From: Minisyncoccota bacterium | Lineage (GTDB): Bacteria > Patescibacteriota > Minisyncoccia > Phycocordibacterales > CSBR16-193 | Assembly: GCA_040905715.1 (NCBI GenBank) | Contig: JBBDRA010000003.1 | Span: 7,075-71,074 of the forward strand | Direction of reading: 5' to 3' | DNA length: 64,000 bases | Shown here: positions 47,182-56,263 of the stretch, piece by piece | How positions within the stretch are numbered: position 1 is the first letter of the stretch | How the letters are laid out: each line of letters starts with the position of its first letter | Translations under genes and position numbers: made by a program | Notes under the pieces: generated by a model | What the model was told of the DNA's origin: nothing | The model's database searches: none | Seen by the model: the letters and a program-made list of their open reading frames with translations, nothing else

Positions 47182-49482
47182 CTACTGTGGATTTTGTCCG
47201 TTATCCCCAGGGGCGGACGGGTAGGTTCCATCATCGGTGAAACTGTTGTGACCGCCGAAATTACCGGCTTCCTCGTTCACAAGAACACGTCGCGGTTTTG
47301 ATCCCTCTCCTTCACTAACAACCCCGCGCTCTTCAAGCATGTCCATAAGACGAGCCGCTCTCGCGTAGCCCACTTTAAGCTTACGCTGAATGAGTGAGGT
47401 TGATGCCTTGTTCATTTCTATAACAAGCTCTCGCGCTTCTTCAAAGAGTTCGTCCTCGTCGTCACCGTCTTCGTCAAAGGATACATCGGTAACACTGCCG
47501 GCTGATTCACCGGTGAAGTCGATCTGCTCAGGCAACTCGTTGCTGTACTGGTCGGCAAGGTACGTAACAACTTTCTTCACCTCATCTTCGGTAATGAAGG
47601 CGGACTGAATACGGCTTGGTTGTGACATCTCACCTGATAGGTACAACATGTCACCGGCACCCAACAGCTTCTCGGCGCCACCGGCATCGAGAATGGTGCG
47701 GGAGTCTACCTGTGAGGCCACCTGAAGGGCAATACGTGCCGGAATGTTTGCTTTAATAAGACCGGTGATGACATTTACACTCGGGCGTTGAGTTGAGAGC
47801 ACGAGGTGAATACCAACCGCGCGGGACATCTGCGCGAGTCGTACGATAGCCGATTCCATTTCTCGCGGGTACGCCTGCATAATATCGGCAAGCTCATCAA
47901 CGATAACCACGATGTACGGCATGGTTTCAGGCAGCTCATCGTCTTCGCCGGCCTCGCCCTTCTTGTGCTTCGCGAGAGCCGGTTCCAGAACGTTCTTGTG
48001 ATATGAACCGATGTCGCGAACTTTTTCTGTTTCCAGAATGTCGTATCGACGATCCATTTCTTTCTGTGCCCACTTGAGTGAGAGAATAGCTTTTTTAGGA
48101 TCGGTGATCACCGGGGTAAGCAGGTGGGGGATGCTGTTGTAAAGTGTTAGCTCCACACGTTTTGGATCGACCATGATAAAGCGCATGAACTCCGGCGAGT
48201 TTCGGTACAGAAGCGAGGTGATCAGCGAATGAATGGTCACTGATTTACCGGAACCGGTTGCGCCGGCGATCAGCACGTGAGGCATCTTAGCTAGGTTGCC
48301 AAAGTGCGTCTCGCCGGTGATGCCTTTTCCAAGCGCCATCAATAGAGGCTTGTCAGGTTCAGAGAAAGCCTTTGAGCCAAGCAATGTGGCAAGACCGATC
48401 GTGGACTTGGTCGTGTTTGGTAGCTCGATACCTACTAAGGACTTGCCTGGAATTGGGGCTTCGATGCGGAGTGGGTGAGCCGCAAGCGCGAGCGAAAGGT
48501 CGTTCTGGAGCGCCACGATACGTGAGAGCTTTACTCCTTCTGCCGGCTTGAGTGCGTAGCGGGTTACAGTCGGCCCGACTGACACCTCGTCCATTTCAAC
48601 CTGAACACCGAAGTTGTGAAGCGTTCGCTTTATAACATTTGCGTTTGCCTTGATGTCACCTACGCCCGGCTTTCCTCGATCTTTCTCAAGGAGTTTCAAC
48701 GGAGGCGGCTTGTACTCGATCGAGAATGAGCTTGATGGTGTTAGATCCAGCTCACCGGTCGTCGAAAGGGTTCGATCTTCAGTGTCGCTATCTATTTCCG
48801 CGGGCGCAGCTGGTGGTTCGGGCGGTAGATCTGTCTCAAGCGTGGTACCCATCTCGTCGTCGGCCACATCGCTGTCCAGGTGGAACGTGCCAAGATCTTG
48901 ACCCTCGTCGGCAAGCTCGTCATTGCTTCCGAACAAGCGCTGGGGAAGTGAAAGGACCGCCTCAAGAGAAATGAGGTGGTCGAATACGATCAAGAGCGCA
49001 ATAAAAAGCGTCGCTCCTAAAATGATAACCGTGAGGTACAGCTCAAAAAGCGAGAGGAGTGGTGCGGTTATCGCTGCTCCGATCACACCACCGGGACTTT
49101 CGATCTTGCCGGCGAGCAATATCTGGATAAGACCTAATCCACCGATTATGAATAGGATACCTCCAAGTGCTTGCGAGATAGCAACCTTCTGCCGAAGTGC
49201 TTTGAGGAAGGATATTCCTAAAAGGATAAACAAAACCGGAAGCAAAAAGTAGCCGACACCCAGTAACATATCGAGAAGGGTAAATGCCTTCTCTCCCACT
49301 AAGCCTGCATTGCCAAAATAAGCCAGCACAAGGAAAGCGGTGATAACAAAAAACACGATCGCCACAACCGCCTGAATAGTCTCTTCGCGGATGTATTCGT
49401 ATAGTCCGAGGGATTCCTCCTCTTCAAACTCCTCTTCCTCCGTATCCTTTTTCTTTGTTTTCTTTTGTGATTTCTTTGCCAT
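47182..49482 (-). CDS. ftsK: DNA translocase FtsK/SpoIIIE
   Basis: N-terminal TMs, GATGSGKS, DPKRVEL, DELAD, TQRPS, gamma domain (VGYARAARL). Confidence 0.97.
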   Translation of the reverse strand: MAKKSQKKTKKKDTEEEEFEEEESLGLYEYIREETIQAVVAIVFFVITAFLVLAYFGNAGLVGEKAFTLLDMLLGVGYFLLPVLFILLGISFLKALRQKVAISQALGGILFIIGGLGLIQILLAGKIESPGGVIGAAITAPLLSLFELYLTVIILGATLFIALLIVFDHLISLEAVLSLPQRLFGSNDELADEGQDLGTFHLDSDVADDEMGTTLETDLPPEPPAAPAEIDSDTEDRTLSTTGELDLTPSSSFSIEYKPPPLKLLEKDRGKPGVGDIKANANVIKRTLHNFGVQVEMDEVSVGPTVTRYALKPAEGVKLSRIVALQNDLSLALAAHPLRIEAPIPGKSLVGIELPNTTKSTIGLATLLGSKAFSEPDKPLLMALGKGITGETHFGNLAKMPHVLIAGATGSGKSVTIHSLITSLLYRNSPEFMRFIMVDPKRVELTLYNSIPHLLTPVITDPKKAILSLKWAQKEMDRRYDILETEKVRDIGSYHKNVLEPALAKHKKGEAGEDDELPETMPYIVVIVDELADIMQAYPREMESAIVRLAQMSRAVGIHLVLSTQRPSVNVITGLIKANIPARIALQVASQVDSRTILDAGGAEKLLGAGDMLYLSGEMSQPSRIQSAFITEDEVKKVVTYLADQYSNELPEQIDFTGESAGSVTDVSFDEDGDDEDELFEEARELVIEMNKASTSLIQRKLKVGYARAARLMDMLEERGVVSEGEGSKPRRVLVNEEAGNFGGHNSFTDDGTYPSAPGDNGQNPQ

Positions 49483-49776
49483 AACTGAAGATTCTACCAA
49501 TTTAGTATAACACCCGCAAAGGCGCAAAGGAATAAATGAAATATAGAACGGAATACAGAGAATACGGCAAGTAATAGTGAATAAAAGTAGAAGAAGGCCG
49601 GAAAAAGCTATCGCACTTGCAAAGCGCAGCAACAACCCCTTTTTGCTTCTTAAGTACCCAAATGAAAGGGTCGTGAGCCCTCAAAAGAGCCGATCTGTTG
49701 CAAAAGGACAGGTTTTATATACTATAAGACATGTCTTTTAAAACGCTCTGTATAGGACAATATGTTAAGGACAGTA

Positions 49777-49805
49777 TTGACATTAAGAATTGTCTCTTAT
49801 ATAAT
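49777..49805 (+). promoter_or_regulatory. Consensus sigma-70 promoter within a cluster of GGACA/TGTC motifs
   Basis: TTGACA-17-TATAAT. Confidence 0.85.
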
Positions 49806-49837
49806 CTCTAGACAAGGTAAAGGACATAATCGTGTCC

Positions 49838-50689
49838 ATGACAGATAACTCAAAAAACCGCTACATACAAGAGACAAGCGAAAACACCGCCCTCACTAAC
49901 ACTCCTAGTGACAGCAGTTTTGTCTCTTTGTACAAAAAGACAGAAAAGATAGCTACGGCTATCTATCTCGTGACCGACCTCCTCGATCACGAGGAACCTT
50001 TACATTGGTCGCTTCGAGAGAATGTTACCTACCTACTCAATCTTTTGGTGTCCTTAAGAGATACTGTTGATACTCGTTCGAATACGAAGAACGCCTGCCG
50101 CAATAAACTTATTGATCTGATCACGCAGATCAATGTCGCCACATCGGCCGGACTTATCTCTCAGATGAACGGTTCGGTCCTTGTGCGTGAGCTGAATACG
50201 CTTGCCGATAGGATAGATCAGCTTTCAATTGATTCTGTCGGAGGACCTCATCTAGACGATGCGTTTTTCAAGTCGTCAGATTCGGAAAACGTAGCATCTG
50301 CGCCTGATCAAGGCCGCAGACATGCTTCTGTAAATAAGCCTGCTTTGAAGAGTGAACCGCTTAACGGTGGATCTGCTTTAGCCTCAAGCCAGGCGAGTAA
50401 ACAGGGTGTGGATAATCCGCAAATACAGGGTGGTAATACTGACAGTGCTTCATCCGAAGTTACTCGTTCAAAAGGCACAAAACCGGCGGTTCAGGCCAAG
50501 AAGAACAAGCGTCAGCGCGCCATCCTTCACCTTATTAAGGAGAAGGGCGAGGTGAGCGTGAGAGACGTTGCTACAGTGATCGCTGACTGCAGTGAGAAAA
50601 CACTTCAGCGTGAGCTCATGGCGTTGGTTGATGAGGGAGTTTTACAAAAGTCCGGGAAGCGGAGGTGGACACGGTATTCGTTCGCGTAG
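49838..50689 (+). CDS. Protein with helical N-domain and C-terminal DeoR-like wHTH
   Basis: ILHLIKEKGEVSVRDV...SEKTLQREL..LV..G.L.KSG.RRW..Y. Confidence 0.8.
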   Translation: MTDNSKNRYIQETSENTALTNTPSDSSFVSLYKKTEKIATAIYLVTDLLDHEEPLHWSLRENVTYLLNLLVSLRDTVDTRSNTKNACRNKLIDLITQINVATSAGLISQMNGSVLVRELNTLADRIDQLSIDSVGGPHLDDAFFKSSDSENVASAPDQGRRHASVNKPALKSEPLNGGSALASSQASKQGVDNPQIQGGNTDSASSEVTRSKGTKPAVQAKKNKRQRAILHLIKEKGEVSVRDVATVIADCSEKTLQRELMALVDEGVLQKSGKRRWTRYSFA

Positions 50690-51199
50690 CGTCTGCCGGT
50701 AAGGGCGTAGTAGAGCGCTCTGCTACGCCCTAGTTCTTGCCCTGGGTCCTTGACTCACACGACGTTTCCTTTTAAAGTAGCCGCACGTTGAAATATGCAA
50801 TAGAGCTTGTAACCAAACACTTCTTCTGCTGTTTAGTTTTGTGTTCTTCGAGACGTTGTCCGGTGTAAAGATCCGGTGTAAAAGTACAGACCGGACTACG
50901 GCTCATAAGAAGAAAAGTGATAAAGAGTAGAAGTGGTGCTTGGTTGTCCACACAATTATTTTGCTCACTAATCAATGTGGGGATATAATTTAAGAGAGGG
51001 GATAGGTAATAAGACCTGTGTGCCTGTTTCTCGTACGGAAACAGGCTTCGGTGATACCTCCCCTCTGAGGTGTAAGAGAATAGAAAGTAGACGATAGACA
51101 GAAGACGAGCAGTCTTGACAAGCTACTTCTTCTATTCTTTAGAAGATGAAGAAGCTCGCGACGTGTAATATCTGAACGAGTTTCTGAGTCTACACGACC

Positions 51200-52082
51200 A
51201 AGCACTGGAATTGTCAGATATAACGAACATTTTTCGTTCGTCCTGTCTGAAAATTATAGTGCGTATGTCCTTTGACAATTAAATACAGATTCGTGTCACG
51301 GTGCTCTTAGCACGGTGACCACTATCCAGTATGCCTAAGGCATACTCACTATAATCCAGAGCAATATACATATTGCCCTGCTGTGTCGCTTGTCGTATAC
51401 CATTCATTTGTATACCAAGGACATGGAAAAGAAGGCTGTGAAGAGAAAAAGGAAGAGAAGAAAGTAAAAGTATAAGTGATGACTGTTCAACAGTTTCATC
51501 ACTTTCAATTCAATCGATTGTATTGGAAGAGAAGAATGAAAGGAAGAACGAGGCGGCGGCTCAGAGCGTGCTGAAAAACTGCTTTCGAGTCGAGGGTTCC
51601 AATTTTGAGTCGAGGCGCGAGCTGGAGACCGAAAAATATTTTAGATATTTTAAGGTCGAAGCAAAGTGTCGCAGGCCAAAATTGAAATTCGTAGACCGGA
51701 ATGAGTTTTTCCGGCACGCTCATCCTCTCGGTGCTCGGCTTCGCTCACTAAACACTTCATTGATCCGGCGACACTTTGGTGAGGTCAGATCAAAGAAGAA
51801 TTGTTTAATAGCGATGCCGGGCGCCGAGGTGAGCGGCCCGACGATACACAATGCGTATCTACACTACTTTGTAGCATAGGTCGCATGGTGTCGTGCGCCA
51901 GGTCGGGAAACCGATAGGTGCGCTATTACAAGCATTGCTCCGTATGCTTCGTGCGCAAGTGCGGAGAATACAGTACGGAGGAATAGTGATTACAAAGTCT
52001 GCCCGTTACACACAGCTAATTAGTGAATAGTTAGTATTATCAACAAGACAGATAACGGGTAGCAACAAAATTAGTAGAAAAT
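51200..52082 (+). ncRNA. Long structured leader of the S-layer-like gene
   Basis: More than ten consecutive hairpins, GNRA tetraloops, boxA-like TCCTTTGACAATTAAATA. Confidence 0.5.
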
Positions 52083-53984
52083 ATGACTGCACAAGACACG
52101 ATAAGAAGTAAAGCAATTGCTGGCTTTGTAGGCCTCGCAATGGCTATGACCTTTGCATTCGCTGGCGCCATGAGCGTAAGCGCGCAGAGTGACAGCGTTG
52201 CCGAACTACAAGCACAGATCGAAGCACTGCAAGAAGCGCTTGCAGCATTAACAGGAGGTAATGCATCTGCTGAATGTTCAGTAACTTTCAGCCAGAACCT
52301 TTCACAGGGTGACACTGGTTCAGAAGTTATGGCTCTTCAGCAGTTCCTTAACGCCAACGGCTACACTGTAGCTTCAGCTGGCGCAGCAGGATCAGCAGGT
52401 ATGGAGACCAGCTACTTTGGTCCCGCAACCCACCAGGCTGTTGTAGCGTTCCAGAACGCTAACTCAGCTCAGGTACTTGCACCGGTTGGCCTTTCCATCG
52501 GAACAGGTTACTGGGGTCCATCTTCACGCTCACACGCAAACACAATGTGTGCAGCTGACTCAGGCTCTGACTCAGATGACTCTGACTCAGATGGCGACTC
52601 AACTTCTGGTGACCTCGAAGGTGGCGTTGGCGACATTGACGACGCTGACTTCATCTCAGGCATCAACAACGAAAGCGTTGGAGAAGGCGAGAGCGACGTA
52701 GAGGTTCTCGGTCTTGAGATCGAGGCTGACGACGGTTCAGACATTGAGATTATGGCTGTAACCATCGACTTCGACTACAACGGCACATCAAGCGACGACT
52801 TCGATGACTACGCTGAGGAGGTCTCAGTATGGTTCGAGGGAGAGAAGGTTGCTGAAGTTGACGCTGATGAGTTTGAGGACGATGACGACTACAACCGAAC
52901 TGTCTCACTTGACCGCGGTGCGATCATTCGCGCAGGTGACACAGCTGACTTGACTGTAGCTGTCTCAGGACAGAACACCATCGACTCAGCTGATCTTAAC
53001 GACAGCGACTGGGACGTATCGGTAGAGCAGGTTCGCATCCGTGATGCAGCCGGCGCTATCCTTACCGTTTCTCAGGGAGATATCGATGCAGCCAAGGAGC
53101 GCAGCTTCGACTTTGAGGACGAGGCAGCAGACGAGAGCATCGAGATCAAGTCTTCATCAAACGACCCTGACTCAGACGTCTTCCTCGTAGAGGACGACAC
53201 CAATGAATCTGACTGGTTCGAGACATTCATCTTCCGACTAGAAGGTGAAGAGAATGACATCGAAGTTGATGAGATCGTTATTAACCTCGAAATCGGCTCA
53301 AAGGCATACAGTGCTGTTGTAAGCGACATGGCTCTTGAGATCGACGGCGAGGAGTTCAGCGATTTCGATGTATCAACGAGCTCAGCTAGCTCAACAAACG
53401 TTACCTTTGACATCGACGGTGACTTCACTATCGATGCTGATGACGACGTTGAGGTAGTTGTACTCATGGAGTTCCAGGGAACTAACAGCGGAGCTAACTA
53501 CGCTGACGGTGAGACCATCCAGGTCAACACTGTATCTGTTGAAGGTGAAGGAAACGACGATGTTTCTGACACTGCAACTGTTACCGGTGACGAGCACACG
53601 CTCAGCACGTCAGGTGTTGTGATCTCTGGTGTTGACTCTGAGGGAAGTGTCAACGAGGCTGGCGACACAGCATTCATCTCATGGGAGTTCACCATCGGCG
53701 CTGAGGACGGTGACATTGACTTCAATGTTGCTGACAAGAACAACGTTGATGGAGACACTGACGATGTACGATTTGATGTCCTCGGTGGAGGAAACGCAAC
53801 GTCATCGATCATTCTTCTCTCAGGAGACGCTACTTCTGATGGAAGTGGTTGGACTATCAACGAGGGTGACGAGGCAACATTCGGTCTCGACACTACTATC
53901 ACAGGATCAGGTACACACCGTGTACGACTTGAGACAGTTGAAGGTGTAACCGTAGATGAACTATCTGGTTCACAAAACATCTAA
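52083..53984 (+). CDS. Secreted acidic S-layer-like protein with peptidoglycan-binding domain
   Basis: Signal peptide, coiled coil, NLSQGDTGSEVMALQQFLN...YFGPAT..AV..FQ, G.WGP; very D/E-rich beta repeats. Confidence 0.85.
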   Translation: MTAQDTIRSKAIAGFVGLAMAMTFAFAGAMSVSAQSDSVAELQAQIEALQEALAALTGGNASAECSVTFSQNLSQGDTGSEVMALQQFLNANGYTVASAGAAGSAGMETSYFGPATHQAVVAFQNANSAQVLAPVGLSIGTGYWGPSSRSHANTMCAADSGSDSDDSDSDGDSTSGDLEGGVGDIDDADFISGINNESVGEGESDVEVLGLEIEADDGSDIEIMAVTIDFDYNGTSSDDFDDYAEEVSVWFEGEKVAEVDADEFEDDDDYNRTVSLDRGAIIRAGDTADLTVAVSGQNTIDSADLNDSDWDVSVEQVRIRDAAGAILTVSQGDIDAAKERSFDFEDEAADESIEIKSSSNDPDSDVFLVEDDTNESDWFETFIFRLEGEENDIEVDEIVINLEIGSKAYSAVVSDMALEIDGEEFSDFDVSTSSASSTNVTFDIDGDFTIDADDDVEVVVLMEFQGTNSGANYADGETIQVNTVSVEGEGNDDVSDTATVTGDEHTLSTSGVVISGVDSEGSVNEAGDTAFISWEFTIGAEDGDIDFNVADKNNVDGDTDDVRFDVLGGGNATSSIILLSGDATSDGSGWTINEGDEATFGLDTTITGSGTHRVRLETVEGVTVDELSGSQNI

Positions 53985-54076
53985 CTAACCTTAGTTAGAG
54001 GTAACAGCAAAGGATCACGGGTGTAACCCGTAGGACAGTCAAGCAGGTCTCAAACAGAGCCGTTGCAGGTCCGAAA

Positions 54077-54116
54077 CAAAAACCCCGCCTCCCTTTTGGG
54101 ACGGCGGGGTTTTTGT
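54077..54116 (+). terminator. Intrinsic terminator
   Basis: AAAAACCCCGCC...GGCGGGGTTTTT. Confidence 0.8.
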
Positions 54117-54124
54117 TATGTATT

Positions 54125-54151
54125 TTTTGCCAACCCCTGGGGTTGGCAAAA
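54125..54151. repeat. REP-like palindrome, copy 1
   Basis: TTTTGCCAACCCC-T-GGGGTTGGCAAAA. Confidence 0.85.
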
Positions 54152-54200
54152 GTGGAAGGATGTGGATTGGACGACGTCTTTAGCTGATATACTAGAAGGT

Positions 54201-54404
54201 ATGCTGAAGTATTTCGACAAAGCTTTTTTCCGATTTATGACCGGATTCCTCATCACGCTGGCTGCCAGCTTGGTGGTTTTGTATATAGCCGTAGATTCTT
54301 CTTCGAACCGACCTCCATCTCATACGGCAGATGTTCCTGATCAGAGTGAAGATAACAATGCGGGTCATAGAGAAGACCGCAATAAAAGTCGCAACGAAAG
54401 GTGA
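54201..54404 (+). CDS. Small membrane protein (MLKYFDKAFFRF...)
   Basis: TATACT 7 nt before ATG; one TM. Confidence 0.6.
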   Translation: MLKYFDKAFFRFMTGFLITLAASLVVLYIAVDSSSNRPPSHTADVPDQSEDNNAGHREDRNKSRNER

Positions 54405-54416
54405 TCATCATCATGG

Positions 54417-54447
54417 ATTTTTGCCAACCCCAGGGGTTGGCAAAAAT
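54417..54447. repeat. REP-like palindrome, copy 2 (opposite orientation)
   Basis: ATTTTTGCCAACCCC-A-GGGGTTGGCAAAAAT. Confidence 0.85.
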
Positions 54448-54510
54448 ATTCTAATTCAACGTGTAAAGTAGTTGACGCGGGAGAGTTTGTGCGTATACTG
54501 ACTCACATAA

Positions 54511-54636
54511 GGCCGTAGACAAGGGGCGAGGTGGTGCGCAGTGCGTACGCCGGTAAGTCCTCTCGAGGTCACTGAAACATGCGCCGGAGCATGTTTGGTG
54601 ATGATCTACTTAACCGGCCCTTATAGGTCGATTTTT
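54511..54636 (+). promoter_or_regulatory. Ribosomal protein L10 leader
   Basis: GGCCGTAGACAAGGGG...TAAGTCCTCTCGAGGTC resembles the L10-leader core; promoter TTGACG-16-TATACT at 54472-54499; terminator-like hairpin at 54613-54636. Confidence 0.75.
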
Positions 54637-54638
54637 TA

Positions 54639-54983
54639 TTAGCTGTGAGTGAAGCGAATAGCTAACCCAGTTAAATGATTTCAAATCAGGAGCATGCGTT
54701 TTATTACGTTTACGTCCTTTACTCAGTGAAAGATACTAATCTTTACGTTGGGTTTACTAGAGATTTGAAATCACGATTTGAGGATCATCAAAAAGGAATA
54801 GTCCCGTCTACAAGGGATCGTGCGCCTCTAAAGTTAATATACTACGAAGCGTACGTTTCAAAATCAGATGCGGTTCACAGGGAAAAGTATCTGAAGACAT
54901 ATCACGGACGTTTTTTCCTTAAGAAAAGACTTAAATCGTATTTAACCGGGTAGGTTTAACTTCACTACGTTACGTTAAACCTA
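54639..54983 (+). mobile_element. GIY-YIG-carrying element bounded by 12-bp inverted repeats and hairpins
   Basis: ACCCAGTTAAAT 54665-54676 and ATTTAACCGGGT 54940-54951; flanking hairpins; empty homolog at 42922-43066. Confidence 0.7.
54675..54953 (+). CDS. GIY-YIG nuclease family protein
   Basis: YYVYVL..LYVGFT.DL..RFEDH.KG..ST..R.P.KLIYYEAY...A..REKYLK. Confidence 0.93.
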   Translation: MISNQEHAFYYVYVLYSVKDTNLYVGFTRDLKSRFEDHQKGIVPSTRDRAPLKLIYYEAYVSKSDAVHREKYLKTYHGRFFLKKRLKSYLTG

Positions 54984-55480
54984 TGCCTTTAACCCGAACG
55001 CAAAAAGAAAAAGAAGTAGAAAGTCTCGCCGGTGCGGTAAAGAGCTCCGCCTCAACAGTGTTCGTGAACTTTCACGGCCTCACTGTTGATCAGGCAAGCG
55101 AGCTTCGAAGCGCGCTTCGTGAGAACGACGTGTCCTACAAGGTTGTTAAAAAGAGTTTGACGAACATTGCTCTTGATAACAGTAAGATCGCCGGGAAGAA
55201 GCCTGTACTCGAAGGAGAGCTTGCTATTGCCTACAGCGACGACTACCTTGAGCCGGCTCGCGGAGTGTACGAATTTCAAAAGAAGTTCGAAGGACACCTC
55301 TCGATCATCGGAGGTATCTATGATGGCGAGTATCAAAGCCAAGCTCAGATGCTTGATATCGCGCTTATCCCGCCAAAGGACGTCTTGCGTGGTATGTTCG
55401 TGAACATCATCAACTCACCGATCCAGGGATTTGTTGGTGCGCTCGGTCAGATCGCAGAACAGAAAGAAGCACAAGCTTAA
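54983..55480 (+). CDS. rplJ: 50S ribosomal protein L10
   Basis: FHGLTV...LR..LRE..V.YKVVKKSL; precedes rplL. Confidence 0.95.
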   Translation: MPLTRTQKEKEVESLAGAVKSSASTVFVNFHGLTVDQASELRSALRENDVSYKVVKKSLTNIALDNSKIAGKKPVLEGELAIAYSDDYLEPARGVYEFQKKFEGHLSIIGGIYDGEYQSQAQMLDIALIPPKDVLRGMFVNIINSPIQGFVGALGQIAEQKEAQA

Positions 55481-55545
55481 TAGTATTTACCCATAGGCTA
55501 TACGTTTATTTTTAAACGATACCTTACAATCAATAACTTAATCAT

Positions 55546-56067
55546 ATGGCAGAAGAAGACAAAAAAGACGAACAGCAGGCACCTGCTGAGGAAGTAAAGG
55601 AAGAGAAAGTCGAAGAAGCACCTGCTGAAGAAGCAAAGGAAGAGGCTCCGGCAGAGGAGAAGAAAGAGGAGGAAACTGAAGAAGCAGGCGAGGATGTAGA
55701 GGTTCCGGAGAAGTTCCAAGACCTCGTTACCCAGATCGAGAACATGTCAGTTCTTGACCTTAACGAGTTAGTGAAACTCCTTGAGAAGAAGTTCGGTGTT
55801 TCAGCAGTCGCTGCCGCCGCTCCTGCAGCCGCAGCCGGCGAGGAGGCCGAGGAGAAGAGCAGCTTCACCGTTGAGCTTACTGACGCAGGGTCTCAGAAGA
55901 TCGGTGTTATTAAGGCAGTTAAGAACGCCCTAGGTCTTGGTTTGAAAGAGGCGAAAGATCTTGTGGATGGCGTGCCGGCAAAATTGAAGGACGATATGCC
56001 AAAGGAAGAAGCAGAAGCACTAAAATCAGCCATTGAAGAGGCTGGAGGTTCTGTAGAACTTAAGTAA
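55546..56067 (+). CDS. rplL: 50S ribosomal protein L7/L12 with acidic N-terminal extension
   Basis: [38 protein letters not shown]. Confidence 0.97.
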   Translation: MAEEDKKDEQQAPAEEVKEEKVEEAPAEEAKEEAPAEEKKEEETEEAGEDVEVPEKFQDLVTQIENMSVLDLNELVKLLEKKFGVSAVAAAAPAAAAGEEAEEKSSFTVELTDAGSQKIGVIKAVKNALGLGLKEAKDLVDGVPAKLKDDMPKEEAEALKSAIEEAGGSVELK

Positions 56068-56173
56068 GTTATTGAAGAGCCATCCTTCGGATGGTCGGCC
56101 GAAGGCCGAAGGAAGCAGGTGGAAGTGTGGAGCTGAAATAAGTATAGAGATCATAGCTGTACTGAAATACAAT

Positions 56174-56203
56174 AAACCGCCCGGCTTTGCCGGGCGGTTT
56201 TTG
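56174..56203 (+). terminator. Intrinsic terminator
   Basis: AAACCGCCCGGC-ttt-GCCGGGCGGTTTTT. Confidence 0.8.
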
Positions 56204-56263
56204 TGTCCGGCTTCCCGGATCTTCATTGTTTCAACCTAAACAATGGTTTATACTACGATTACC

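Noticed and set aside
51505-51879. ORFs 51523..51879 (+) and 51505..51723 (-)
   Set aside because: No ATG/SD support or motifs for the + ORF; region is better explained as hairpin-rich RNA
54665-54983. Canonical integron cassette or IS call
   Set aside because: Core-site consensus matches but there is no intI, no convincing attC L boxes, no transposase and no direct target duplication
56078-56112. Twin hairpins CCATCC-ttc-GGATGG and TCGGCC-gaa-GGCCGA after rplL
   Set aside because: Possibly another small palindromic repeat (similar CCATCC/GGATGG at ~44325-44345) but too short to support
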